DNA of 64,000 bases from Auanema rhodensis (Eukaryota > Animalia > Nematoda), in NCBI GenBank assembly GCA_964057225.1, contig OZ059897.1, positions 19,406,001-19,470,000 on the forward strand, read 5' to 3'. The notes under the pieces are model-generated. The model did no database searches. It was not told where the DNA came from and saw nothing but the letters and a program-made list of their open reading frames with translations. Of the stretch, positions 12,401 to 27,400 are shown in pieces. Both the position numbers and the translations under genes were made by a program. The number at the start of each line of letters is the position of its first letter. Position 1 is the stretch's first letter.

Positions 12401-15400
12401 ATATCAGTTGATATCTCGGTACATTTTTAAGCTAGCGCAAATCTGATAACACAGATCGACGCAGCTTAGAAATCCGCATCGAATGCACTATACTACATTG
12501 AGAAACGCTTAATACAAAAATTAGTTATGATCGTTTGAAAAATGATGCATTAGTGTATGTTGAGTTTCCATGTACACTCAACATTGCTTCCAAAAACATT
12601 TTGACAAAAATTTTTTCGAAAAATTTCAAAATAATTTAGCAAAAAGTAGATGTTTTTAGATTCCTTTTTTCAAGGCAAAGACGATGGACAATGTTATTCA
12701 ACGAAAAAATTAATTCTTCAGGGTGAAAATCGAGGATATAAGTGTGAACTTATATCAGTTGATATCTCGGTACATTTTTAAGCTAGCGCAAATCTGATAA
12801 CACAGATCGACGCAGCTTAAAAATCCGCATCGAATGCACTATACTACATGGAAGAACGCTTAATACAAAAATTAGTTATGATCGTTTGAAAAATGATGCA
12901 TTAGTGTATGTTGAGTTTCCATGTACACTCAACATTGCTTCCAAAAACATTTTGACAAAAATTTTTTCGAAAAATTTCAAAATAATTTAGCAAAAAGTAG
13001 ATGTTTTTAGATTCCTTTTTTCAAGGCAAAGACGATGGACAATGTTATTCAACGAAAAAATTATTTCTTCAGGGTGAAAATCGAGGATATAAGTGTGAAC
13101 TTATATCAGTTGATATATCGGTGCATTTTTAAGCTAGCGCAAATCTGATAACACAGATCGACGCAGCTTAAAAATCCGCATCGAATGCACCATACTACAT
13201 TGAGAAACGCTTAATTTAAAAATTAGTTATGATCGTTTGAAAAATGAAGCATTAGTGTATGTTGAGTTTCCATGTACACTCAACATTGCTTCCAAAAACA
13301 TTTTGACAAAAATTTTTTCGAAAAATTTCAAAATAATTTAGCAAAAAGTAGATGTTTTTAGATTCCTTTTTTCAAGGCAAAGACGATGGACAATGTTATT
13401 CAACGAAAAAATTAATTCTTCAGGGTGAAAATCGAGGATATAAGTGTAAACTTATATCAGTTGATATCTCGGTGCATTTTTAAGCTAGCGCAAATCTGAT
13501 AACACAGATCGACGCAGCGTAAAAATCCGCATCGAATGCACTATACTACATTGAGAAACGCTTAATACAAAAATTAGTTATGATCGTTTGAAAAATGATG
13601 CATTAGTGTATGTTGAGTTTACATGTACACTCAACATTGCTTCCAAAAACATTTTGACAAAAATTTTTTCGAAAAATTTCAAAATAATTTAGCAAAAAGT
13701 AGATGTTTTTAGATTCCTTTTTTCAAGGCGAAGACGATGGACAATGTTATTCAACGAAAAAATTATTTCTTCAGGGTGAAAATCGAGGATATAAGTGTGA
13801 ACTTATATCAGTTGATATATCGGTGCATTTTTAAGCTAGCGCAAATCTGATAACACAGATCGACGCAGCTTAAAAATCCGCATCGAATGCACTATACTAC
13901 ATTGAGAAACGCTTAATACAAAAATTAGTTATGATCGTTTGAAAAATGATGCATTAGTGTATGTTGAGTTTCCATGTACACTCAACATTGCTTCCAAAAA
14001 CATTTTGACAAAAATTTTTTCGAAAAATTTCAAAATAATTTAGCAAAAAGTAGATGTTTTTAGATTCCTTTTTTCAAGGCAAAGACGATGGACAATGTTA
14101 TTTAACGAAAAAATTAATTCTTCAGGGTGAAAATCGAGGATATAAGTGTAAACTTATATCAGTTGATATCTCGGTGCATTTTTAAGCTAGCGCAAATCTG
14201 ATAACACAGATCGACGCAGCTTAAAAATCCGCATCGAATGCACTATACTACATTGAGAAACGCTTAATACAAAAATTAGTTATGATCGTTTGAAAAATGA
14301 TGCATTAGTGTATGTTGAGTTTCCATGTACACTCAACATTGCTTCCAAAAACATTTTGACAAAAATTTTTTCGAAAAATTTCAAAATAATTTAGCAAAAA
14401 GTAGATGTTTTTAGATTCCTTTTTTCAAGGCAAAGACGATGGACAATGTTATTCAACGAAAAAATTAATTCTTCAGGGTGAAAATCGAGGATATAAGTGT
14501 GAACTTATATCAGTTGATATCTCGGTACATTTTTAAGCTAGCGCAAATCTGATAACACAGATCGACGCAGCTTAAAAATCCGCATCGAATGCACTATACT
14601 ACATGGAAGAACGCTTAATACAAAAATTAGTTATGATCGTTTGAAAAATGATGCATTAGTGTATGTTGAGTTTCCATGTACACTCAACATTGCTTCCAAA
14701 AACATTTTGACAAAAATTTTTTCGAAAAATTTCAAAATAATTTAGCAAAAAGTAGATGTTTTTAGATTCCTTTTTTCAAGGCAAAGACGATGGACAATGT
14801 TATTCAACGAAAAAATTAATTCTTCAGGGTGAAAATCGAGGATATAAGTGTGAACTTATATCAGTTGATATCTCGGTACATTTTTAAGCTAGCGCAAATC
14901 TGATAACACAGATCGACGCAGCTTAAAAATCCGCATCGAATGCACTATACTACATGGAAGAACGCTTAATACAAAAATTAGTTATGATCGTTTGAAAAAT
15001 GATGCATTAGTGTATGTTGAGTTTCCATGTACACTCAACATTGCTTCCAAAAACATTTTGACAAAAATTTTTTCGAAAAATTTCAAAATAATTTAGCAAA
15101 AAGTAGATGTTTTTAGATTCCTTTTTTCAAGGCAAAGACGATGGACAATGTTATTCAACGAAAAAATTATTTCTTCAGGGTGAAAATCGAGGATATAAGT
15201 GTGAACTTATATCAGTTGATATATCGGTGCATTTTTAAGCTAGCGCAAATCTGATAACACAGATCGACGCAGCTTAAAAATCCGCATCGAATGCACTATA
15301 CTACATTGAGAAACGCTTAATACAAAAATTAGTTATGATCGTTTGAAAAATGAAGCATTAGTGTATGTTGAGTTTCCATGTACACTCAACATTGCTTCCA

Positions 15401-18400
15401 AAAACATTTTGACAAAAATTTTTTCGAAAAATTTCAAAATAATTTAGCAAAAAGTAGATGTTTTTAGATTCCTTTTTTTAAGGCAAAGACGATGGACAAT
15501 GTTATTCAACGAAAAAATTAATTCTTCAGGGTGAAAATCGAGGATATAAGTGTGAACTTATATCAGTTGATATCTCGGTACATTTTTAAGCTAGCGCAAA
15601 TCTGATAACACAGATCGACGCAGCTTAAAAATCCGCATCGAATGCACTATACTACATGGAAGAACGCTTAATACAAAAATTAGTTATGATCGTTTGAAAA
15701 ATGATGCATTAGTGTATGTTGAGTTTCCATGTACACTCAACATTGCTTCCAAAAACATTTTGACAAAAATTTTTTCGAAAAATTTCAAAATAATTTAGCA
15801 AAAAGTAGATGTTTTTAGATTCCTTTTTTCAAGGCAAAGACGATGGACAATGTTATTCAACGAAAAAATTAATTCTTCAGGGTGAAAATCGAGGATATAA
15901 GTGTGAACTTATATCAGTTGATATCTCGGTACATTTTTAAGCTAGCGCAAATCTAATAACACAGATCGACGCAGCTTAAAAATCCGCATCGAATGCACTA
16001 TACTACATTGAGAAACGCTTAATACAAAAATTAGTTATGATCGTTTGAAAAATGATGCATTAGTGTATGTTGAGTTTCCATGTACACTCAACATTGCTTC
16101 CAAAAACATTTTGACAAAAATTTTTTCGAAAAATTTCAAAATAATTTAGCAAAAAGTAGATGTTTTTAGATTCCTTTTTTCAAGGCAAAGACGATGGACA
16201 ATGTTATTCAACGAAAAAATTAATTCTTCAGGGTGAAAATCGAGGATATAAGTGTGAACTTATATCAGTTGATATCTCGGTACATTTTTGAGCTAGCGCA
16301 AATCTGATAACACAGATCGACGCAGCTTAAAAATCCGCATCGAATGCACTATACTACATGGAAGAACGCTTAATACAAAAATTAGTTATGATCGTTTGAA
16401 AAATGATGCATTAGTGTATGTTGAGTTTCCATGTACACTCAACATTGCTTCCAAAAACATTTTGACAAAAATTTTTTCGAAAAATTTCAAAATAATTTAG
16501 CAAAAAGTAGATGTTTTTAGATTCCTTTTTTTCAAGGCAAAGACGATGGACAATGTTATTCAACGAAAAAATTATTTCTTCAGGGTGAAAATCGAGGATA
16601 TAAGTGTGAACTTATATCAGTTGATATATCGGTGCATTTTTAAGCTAGCGCAAATCTGATAACACAGATCGACGCAGCTTAAAAATCCGCATCGAATGCA
16701 CTATACTACATTGAGAAACGCTTAATACAAAAATTAGTTATGATCGTTTGAAAAATGAAGCATTAGTGTATGTTGAGTTTCCATGTACACTCAACATTGC
16801 TTCCAAAAACATTTTGACAAAAATTTTTTCGAAAAATTTCAAAATAATTTAGCAAAAAGTAGATGTTTTTAGATTCCTTTTTTCAAGGCAAAGACGATGG
16901 ACAATGTTATTCAACGAAAAAATTAATTCTTCAGGGTGAAAATCGAGGATATAAGTGTGAACTTATATCAGTTGATATCTCGGTACATTTTTAAGCTAGC
17001 GCAAATCTAATAACACAGATCGACGCAGCTTAAAAATCCGCATCGAATGCACTATACTACATTGAGAAACGCTTAATACAAAAATTAGTTATGATCGTTT
17101 GAAAAATGATGCATTAGTGTATGTTGAGTTTCCATGTACACTCAACATTGCTTCCAAAAACATTTTGACAAAAATTTTTTCGAAAAATTTCAAAATAATT
17201 TAGCAAAAAGTAGATGTTTTTAGATTCCTTTTTTCAAGGCGAAGACGATGGACAATGTTATTCAACGAAAAAATTATTTCTTCAGGGTGAAAATCGAGGA
17301 TATAAGTGTGAACTTATATCAGTTGATATCTCGGTGCATTTTTAAGCTAGCGCAAATCTGATAAGACAGATCGACGCAGCTTAAAAATCCGCATCGAATG
17401 CACTATACTACATTGAGAAACGCTTGATACAAAAATTAGTTATGATCGTTTGAAAAATGATGCATTAGTGTATGTTGAGTTTCCATGTACACTCAACATT
17501 GCTTCCAAAAACATTTTGACAAAAATTTTTTCGAAAAATTTCAAAATAATTTAGCAAAAAGTAGATGTTTTTAGATTCCTTTTTTCAAGGCAAAGACGAT
17601 GGACAATGTTATTCAACGAAAAAATTAATTCTTCAGGGTGAAAATCGAGAATATAAGTGTGAACTTATATCAGTTGATATCTCGGTACATTTTTAAGCTA
17701 GCGCAAATCTGATAACACAGATCGACGCAGCTTAAAAATCCGCATCGAATGCACTATACTACATGGAAGAACGCTTAATACAAAAATTAGTTATGATCGT
17801 TTGAAAAATGATGCTTTAGTGTATGTTGAGTTTCCATGTACACTCAACATTGCTTCCAAAAACATTTTGACAAAAATTTTTTCGAAAAATTTCAAAATAA
17901 TTTAGCAAAAAGTAGATGTTTTTAGATTCCTTTTTTCAAGGCGAAGACGATGGACAATGTTATTCAACGAAAAAATTATTTCTTCAGGGTGAAAATCGAG
18001 GATATAAGTGTGAACTTATATCAGTTGATATATCGGTGCATTTTTAAGCTAGCGCAAATCTGATAACACAGATCGACGCAGCTTAAAAATCCGCATCGAA
18101 TGCACTATACTACATTGAGAAACGCTTAATACAAAAATTAGTTATGATCGTTTGAAAAATGATGCATTAGTGTATGTTGAGTTTCCATGTACACTCAACA
18201 TTGCTTCCAAAAACATTTTGACAAAAATTTTTTCGAAAAATTTCAAAATAATTTAGCAAAAAGTAGATGTTTTTAGATTCCTTTTTTCAAGGCAAAGACG
18301 ATGGACAATGTTATTCAACGAAAAAATTAATTCTTCAGGGTGAAAATCGAGGATATAAGTGTGAACTTATATCAGTTGATATCTCGGTACATTTTTAAGC

Positions 18401-21400
18401 TAGCGCAAATCTGATAACACAGATCGACGCAGCTTAAAAATCCGCATCGAATGCACTATACTACATGGAAGAACGCTTAATATAAAAATTAGTTATGATC
18501 GTTTGAAAAATGATGCATTAGTGTATGTTGAGTTTCCATGTACACTCAACATTGCTTCCAAAAACATTTTGACAAAAATTTTTTCGAAAAATTTCAAAAT
18601 AATTTAGCAAAAAGTAGATGTTTTTAGATTCCTTTTTTTAAGGCGAAGACGATGGACAATGTTATTCAACGAAAAAATTATTTCTTCAGGGTGAAAATCG
18701 AGGATATAAGTGTAAACTTATATCAGTTGATATATCGGTGCATTTTTAAGCTAGCGCAAATCTGATAACACAGATCGACGCAGCTTAAAAATCCGCATCG
18801 AATGCACTATACTACATTGAGAAACGCTTAATACAAAAATTAGTTATGATCGTTTGAAAAATGATGCATTAGTGTATGTTGAGTTTCCATGTACACTCAA
18901 CATTGCTTCCAAAAACATTTTGACAAAAATTTTTTCGAAAAATTTCAAAATAATTTAGCAAAAAGTAGATGTTTTTAGATTCCTTTTTTCAAGGCAAAGA
19001 CGATGGACAATGTTATTCAACGAAAAAATTAATTCTTCAGGGTGAAAATCGAGGATATAAGTGTGAACTTATATCAGTTGATATCTCGGTACATTTTTAA
19101 GCTAGCGCAAATCTGATAACACAAATCGACGCAGCTTAAAAATCCGCATCGAATGCACTATACTACATGGAAGAACGCTTAATATAAAAATTAGTTATGA
19201 TCGTTTGAAAAATGATGCATTAGTGTATGTTGAGTTTCCATGTACACTCAACATTGCTTCCAAAAACATTTTGACAAAAATTTTTTCGAAAAATTTCAAA
19301 ATAATTTAGCAAAAAGTAGATGTTTTTAGATTCCTTTTTTTAAGGCGAAGACGATGGACAATGTTATTCAACGAAAAAATTATTTCTTCAGGGTGAAAAT
19401 CGAGGATATAAGTGTAAACTTATATCAGTTGATATATCGGTGCATTTTTAAGCTAGCGCAAATCTGATAACACAGATCGACGCAGCTTAAAAATCCGCAT
19501 CGAATGCACTATACTACATTGAGAAACGCTTAATACAAAAATTAGTTATGATCGTTTGAAAAATGATGCATTAGTGTATGTTGAGTTTCCATGTACACTC
19601 AACATTGCTTCCAAAAACATTTTGACAAAAATTTTTTCGAAAAATTTCAAAATAATTTAGCAAAAAGTAGATGTTTTTAGATTCCTTTTTTCAAGGCAAA
19701 GACGATGGACAATGTTATTCAACGAAAAAATTAATTGTTCAGGGTGAAAATCGAGGATATAAGTGTGAACTTATATCAGTTGATATCTCGGTACATTTTT
19801 AAGCTAGCGCAAATCTGATAACACAGATCGACGCAGCTTAAAAATCCGCATCGAATGCACTATACTACATGGAAGAACGCTTAATACAAAAATTAGTTAT
19901 GATCGTTTGAAAAATGATGCATTAGTGTATGTTGAGTTTCCATGTACACTCAACATTGCTTCCAAAAACATTTTGACAAAAATTTTTTCGAAAAATTTCA
20001 AAATAATTTAGCAAAAAGTAGATGTTTTTAGATTCCTTTTTTCAAGGCAAAAACGATGGACAATGTTATTCAACGAAAAAATCAATTCTTCAGGGTGAAA
20101 ATCGAGGATATAAGTGTGAACTTATATCAGTTGATATATCGGTGCATTTTTAAGCTAGCGCAAATCTGATAACACAGATCGACGCAGCTTAAAAATCCGC
20201 ATCGAATGCACTATACTACATTGAGAAACGCTTAATACAAAAATTAGTTATGATCGTTTGAAAAATGATGCATTAGTGTATGTTGAGTTTCCATGTACAC
20301 TCAACATTGCTTCCAAAAACATTTTGACAAAAATTTTTTCGAAAAATTTCAAAATAATTTAGCAAAAAGTAGATGTTTTTAGATTCTTTTTTTTCAAGGC
20401 AAAGACGATGGACAATGTTATTCAACGAAAAAATTATTTCTTCAGGGTGAAAATCGAGGATATAAGTGTGAACTTATATCAGTTGATATATCGGTGCATT
20501 TTTAAGCTAGCGCAAATCTGATAACACAGATCGACGCAGCTTAAAAATCCGCATCGAATGCACTATACTACATTGAGAAACGCTTAATACAAAAATTAGT
20601 TATGATCGTTTGAAAAATGATGCATTAGTGTATGTTGAGTTTCCATGTACACTCAACATTGCTTCCAAAAACATTTTGACAAAAATTTTTTCGAAAAATT
20701 TCAAAATAATTTAGCAAAAAGTAGATGTTTTTAGATTCCTTTTTTCAAGGCAAAGACGATGGACAATGTTATTCAACGAAAAAATTAATTCTTCAGGGTG
20801 AAAATCGAGGATATAAGTGTGAACTTATATCAGTTGATATATCGGTGCATTTTTAAGCTAGCGCAAATCTGATAACACAGATCGACGCAGCTTAAAAATC
20901 CGCATCGAATGCACTATACTACATTGAGAAACGCTTAATACAAAAATTAGTTATGATCGTTTGAAAAATGATGCATTAGTGTATGTTGAGTTTCCATGTA
21001 CACTCAACATTGCTTCCAAAAACATTTTGACAAAAATTTTTTCGAAAAATTTCAAAATAATTTAGCGAAAAGTAGATGTTTTTAGATTCTTTTTTCAAGG
21101 CAAAGACGATGGACAATGTTATTCAACGAAAAAATTATTTCTTCAGGGTGAAAATCGAGGATATAAGTGTGAACTTATATCAGTTGATATATCGGTGCAT
21201 TTTTAAGCTAGCGCAAATCTGATAACACAGATCGACGCAGCTTAAAAATCCGCATCGAATGCACTATACTACATTGAGAAACGCTTAATACAAAAATTAG
21301 TTATGATCGTTTGAAAAATGAAGCATTAGTGTATGTTGAGTTTCCATGTACACTCAACATTGCTTCCAAAAACATTTTGACAAAAATTTTTTCAAAAAAT

Positions 21401-24400
21401 TTCAAAATAATTTAGCAAAAAGTAGATGTTTTTAGATTCCTTTTTTCAAGGCAAAGACGATGGACAATGTTATTCAACGAAAAAATTAATTCTTCAGGGT
21501 GAAAATCGAGGATATAAGTGTGAACTTATATCAGTTGATATCTCGGTACATTTTTAAGCTAGCGCAAATCTGATAACACAGATCGACGCAGCTTAAAAAT
21601 CCGCATCGAATGCACTATACTACATTGAGAAACGCTTAATACAAAAATTAGTTATGATCGTTTGAAAAATGATGCATTAGTGTATGTTGAGTTTCCATGT
21701 ACACTCAACATTGCTTCCAAAAACATTTTGACAAAAATTTTTTCGAAAAATTTCAAAATAATTTAGCAAAAAGTAGATGTTTTTAGATTCTTTTTTCAAG
21801 GCAAAGACGATGGACAATGTTATTCAACGAAAAAATTATTTCTTCAGGGTGAAAATCGAGGATATAAGTGTGAACTTATATCAGTTGATATATCGGTGCA
21901 TTTTTAAGCTAGCGCAAATCTGATAACACAGATCGACGCAGCTTAAAAATCCGCATCGAATGCACTATACTACATTGAGAAACGCTTAATACAAAAATTA
22001 GTTATGATCGTTTGAAAAATGAAGCATTAGTGTATGTTGAGTTTCCATGTACACTCAACATTGCTTCCAAAAACATTTTGACAAAAATTTTTTCGAAAAA
22101 TTTCAAAATAATTTAGCAAAAAGTAGATGTTTTTAGATTCCTTTTTTCAAGGCAAAGACGATGGACAATGTTATTCAACGAAAAAATTAATTCTTCAGGG
22201 TGAAAATCGAGGATATAAGTGTGAACTTATATCAGTTGATATCTCGGAACATTTTTAAGCTAGCGCAAATCTGATAACACAGATCGACGCAGCTTAAAAA
22301 TCCGCATCGAATGCACTATACTACATGGAAGAACGCTTAATACAAAAATTAGTTATGATCGTTTGAAAAATGATGCATTAGTGTATGTTGAGTTTCCATG
22401 TACACTCAACATTGCTTCCAAAAACATTTTGACAAAACTTTTTTCGAAAAATTTCAAAATAATTTAGCAAAAAGTAGATGTTTTTAGATTCCTTTTTTCA
22501 AGGCGAAGACGATGGACAATGTTATTCAACGAAAAAATTAATTCTTCAGGGTGAAAATCGAGGATATAAGTGTAAACTTATATCAGTTGATATCTCGGTG
22601 CATTTTTAAGCTAGCGCAAATCTGATAACACAGATCGACGCAGCTTAAAAATCCGCATCGAATGCACTATACTACATTGAGAAACGCTTAATACAAAAAT
22701 TAGTTATGATCGTTTGAAAAATGATGCATTAGTGTATGTTGAGTTTCCATGTACACTCAACATTGCTTCCAAAAACATTTTGACAAAAATTTTTTCGAAA
22801 AATTTCAAAATAATTTAGCAAAAAGTAGATGTTTTTAGATTCCTTTTTTTAAGGCAAAGACGATGGACAATGTTATTCAACGAAAAAATTAATTCTTCAG
22901 GGTGAAAATCGAGGATATAAGTGTGAACTTATATCAGTTGATATCTCGGTACATTTTTAAGCTAGCGCAAATCTGATAACACAGATCGACGCAGCTTAAA
23001 AATCCGCATCGAATGCACTATACTACATGGAAGAACGCTTAATACAAAAATTAGTTGTGATCGTTTGAAAAATGATGCATTAGTGTATGTTGAGTTTCCA
23101 TGTACACTCAACATTGCTTCCAAAAACATTTTGACAAAAATTTTTTCGAAAAATTTCAAAATAATTTAGCAAAAAGTAGATGTTTTTAGATTCCTTTTTT
23201 CAAGGCAAAGACGATGGACAATGTTATTCAACGAAAAAATTAATTCTTCAGGGTGAAAATCGAGGATATAAGTGTAAACTTATATCAGTTGATATCTCGG
23301 TGCATTTTTAAGCTAGCGCAAATCTGATAACACAGATCGACGCAGCTTAAAAATCCGCATCGAATGCACTATACTACATTGAGAAACGCTTAATACAAAA
23401 ATTAGTTATGATCGTTTGAAAAATGATGCATTAGTGTATGTTGAGTTTCCATGTACACTCAACATTGCTTCCAAAAACATTTTGACAAAAATTTTTTCGA
23501 AAAATTTCAAAATAATTTAGCAAAAAGTAGATGTTTTTAGATTCTTTTTTTTCAAGGCAAAGACGATGGACAATGTTATTCAACGAAAAAATTATTTCTT
23601 CAGGGTGAAAATCGAGGATATAAGTGTGAACTTATATCAGTTGATATATCGGTGCATTTTTAAGCTAGCGCAAATCTGATAACACAGATCGACGCAGCTT
23701 AAAAATCCGCATCGAATGCACTATACTACATGGAAGAACGCTTAATACAAAAATTAGTTATGATCGTTTGAAAAATGATGCATTAGTGTATGTTGAGTTT
23801 CCATGTACACTCAACATTGCTTCCAAAAACATTTTGACAAAAATTTTTTCGAAAAATTTCAAAATAATTTAGCAAAAAGTAGATGTTTTTAGATTCCTTT
23901 TTTCAAGGCAAAGACGATGGACAATGTTATTCAACGAAAAAATTAATTCTTCAGGGTGAAAATCGAGGATATAAGTGTGAACTTATATCAGTTGATATAT
24001 CGGTGCATTTTTAAGCTAGCGCAAATCTGATAACACAGATCGACGCAGCTTAAAAATCCGCATCGAATGCACTATACTACATTGAGAAACGCTTAATACA
24101 AAAATTAGTTATGATCGTTTGAAAAATGATGCATTAGTGTATGTTGAGTTTCCATGTACACTCAACATTGCTTCCAAAAACATTTTGACAAAAATTTTTT
24201 CGAAAAATTTCAAAATAATTTAGCAAAAAGTAGATGTTTTTAGATTCTTTTTTTTCAAGGCAAAGACGATGGACAATGTTATTCAACGAAAAAATTATTT
24301 CTTCAGGGTGAAAATCGAGGATATAAGTGTGAACTTATATCAGTTGATATATCGGTGCATTTTTAAGCTAGCGCAAATCTGATAACACAGATCGACGCAG

Positions 24401-27400
24401 CTTAAAAATCCGCATCGAATGCACTATACTACATTGAGAAACGCTTAATACAAAAATTAGTTATGATCGTTTGAAAAATGAAGCATTAGTGTATGTTGAG
24501 TTTCCATGTACACTCAACATTGCTTCCAAAAACATTTTGACAAAAATTTTTTCGAAAAATTTCAAAATAATTTAGCAAAAAGTAGATGTTTTTAGATTCC
24601 TTTTTTCAAGGCAAAGACGATGGACAATGTTATTCAACGAAAAAATTAATTCTTCAGGGTGAAAATCGAGGATATAAGTGTGAACTTATATCAGTTGATA
24701 TCTCGGTACATTTTTAAGCTAGCGCAAATCTGATAACACAGATCGACGCAGCTTAAAAATCCGCATCGAATGCACTATACTACATGGAAGAACGCTTAAT
24801 ACAAAAATTAGTTATGATCGTTTGAAAAATGATGCATTAGTGTATGTTGAGTTTCCATGTACACTCAACATTGCTTCCAAAAACATTTTGACAAAAATTT
24901 TTTCGAAAAATTTCAAAATAATTTAGCAAAAAGTAGATGTTTTTAGATTCCTTTTTTCAAGGCGAAGACGATGGACAATGTTATTCAACGAAAAAATTAT
25001 TTCTTCAGGGTGAAAATCGAGGATATAAGTGTGAACTTATATCAGTTGATATATCGGTGCATTTTTAAGCTAGCGCAAATCTGATAACACAGATCGACGC
25101 AGCTTAAAAATCCGCATCGAATGCACTATACTACATGGAAGAACGCTTAATACAAAAATTAGTTGTGATCGTTTGAAAAATGATGCATTAGTGTATGTTG
25201 AGTTTCCATGTACACTCAACATTGCTTCCAAAAACATTTTGACAAAAATTTTTTCGAAAAATTTCAAAATAATTTAGCAAAAAGTAGATGTTTTTAGATT
25301 CCTTTTTTCAAGGCGAAGACGATGGACAATGTTATTCAACGAAAAAATTATTTCTTCAGGGTGAAAATCGAGGATATAAGTGTGAACTTATATCAGTTGA
25401 TATATCGGTGCATTTTTAAGCTAGCGCAAATCTGATAACACAGATCGACGCAGCTTAAAAATCCGCATCGAATGCACTATACTACATTGAAAAACGCTTA
25501 ATACAAAAATTAGTTATGATCGTTTGAAAAATGATGCATTAGTGTATGTTGAGTTTCCATGTACACTCAACATTGCTTCCAAAAACATTTTGACAAAAAT
25601 TTTTTCGAAAAATTTCAAAATAATTTAGCAAAAAGTAGATGTTTTTAGATTCCTTTTTTCAAGGCAAAGACGATGGACAATGTTATTCAACGAAAAAGTT
25701 ATTTCTTCAGGGTGAAAATCGAGGATATAAGTGTGAACTTATATCAGTTGATATATCGGTGCATTTTTAAGCTAGCGCAAATCTGATAACACAGATCGAC
25801 GCAGCTTAAAAATCCGCATCGAATGCACTATACTACATTGAGAAACGCTTAATACAAAAATTAGTTATGATCGTTTGAAAAATGATGCATTAGTGTATGT
25901 TGAGTTTCCATGTACACTCAACATTGCTTCCAAAAACATTTTGACAAAAATTTTTTCGAAAAATTTCAAAATAATTTAGCAAAAAGTAGATGTTTTTAGA
26001 TTCCTTTTTTCAAGGCAAAGACGATGGACAATGTTATTCAACGAAAAAATTAATTCTTCAGGGTGAAAATCGAGGATATAAGTGTGAACTTATATCAGTT
26101 GATATCTCGGTACATTTTTAAGCTAGCGCAAATCTGATAACACAGATCGACGCAGCTTAAAAATCCGCATCGAATGCACTATACTACATGGAAGAACGCT
26201 TAATACAAAAATTAGTTGTGATCGTTTGAAAAATGATGCATTAGTGTATGTTGAGTTTCCATGTACACTCAACATTGCTTCCAAAAACATTTTGACAAAA
26301 ATTTTTTCGAAAAATTTCAAAATAATTTAGCAAAAAGTAGATGTTTTTAGATTCCTTTTTTCAAGGCAAAGACGATGGACAATGTTATTCAACGAAAAAA
26401 TTATTTCTTCAGGGTGAAAATCGAGGATATAAGTGTGAACTTATATCAGTTGATATATCGGTGCATTTTTAAGCTAGCGCAAATCTGATAACACAGATCG
26501 ACGCAGCTTAAAAATCCGCATCGAATGCACTATACTACATTGAGAAACGCTTGATACAAAAATTAGTTATGATCGTTTGAAAAATGATGCATTAGTGTAT
26601 GTTGAGTTTCCATGTACACTCAACATTGCTTCCAAAAACATTTTGACAAAAATTTTTTCGAAAAATTTCAAAATAATTTAGCAAAAAGTAGATGTTTTTA
26701 GATTCCTTTTTTCAAGGCAAAGACGATGGACAATGTTATTCAACGAAAAAATTAATTCTTCAGGGTGAAAATCGAGAATATAAGTGTGAACTTATATCAG
26801 TTGATATCTCGGTACATTTTTAAGCTAGCGCAAATCTGATAACACAGATCGACGCAGCTTAAAAATCCGCATCGAATGCACTATACTACATGGAAGAACG
26901 CTTAATACAAAAATTAGTTATGATCGTTTGAAAAATGATGCTTTAGTGTATGTTGAGTTTCCATGTACACTCAACATTGCTTCCAAAAACATTTTGACAA
27001 AAATTTTTTCGAAAAATTTCAAAATAATTTAGCAAAAAGTAGATGTTTTTAGATTCCTTTTTTCAAGGCGAAGACGATGGACAATGTTATTCAACGAAAA
27101 AATTATTTCTTCAGGGTGAAAATCGAGGATATAAGTGTGAACTTATATCAGTTGATATCTCGGTACATTTTTAAGCTAGCGCAAATCTGATAACACAGAT
27201 CGACGCAGCTTAAAAATCCGCATCGAATGCACTATACTACATGGAAGAACGCTTAATACAAAAATTAGTTATGATCGTTTGAAAAATGATGCATTAGTGT
27301 ATGTTGAGTTTCCATGTACACTCAACATTGCTTCCAAAAACATTTTGACAAAAATTTTTTCGAAAAATTTCAAAATAATTTAGCAAAAAGTAGATGTTTT

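Noticed and set aside
22962-26320. Three identical 65-aa minus-strand ORFs (22962-23159, 25070-25267, 26123-26320)
   Set aside because: They exist only because the variant AGTTGTGATC changes a minus-strand TAA to CAA in those monomers. They begin at TTG, and the consensus frame has four stops per monomer. No recognisable protein.
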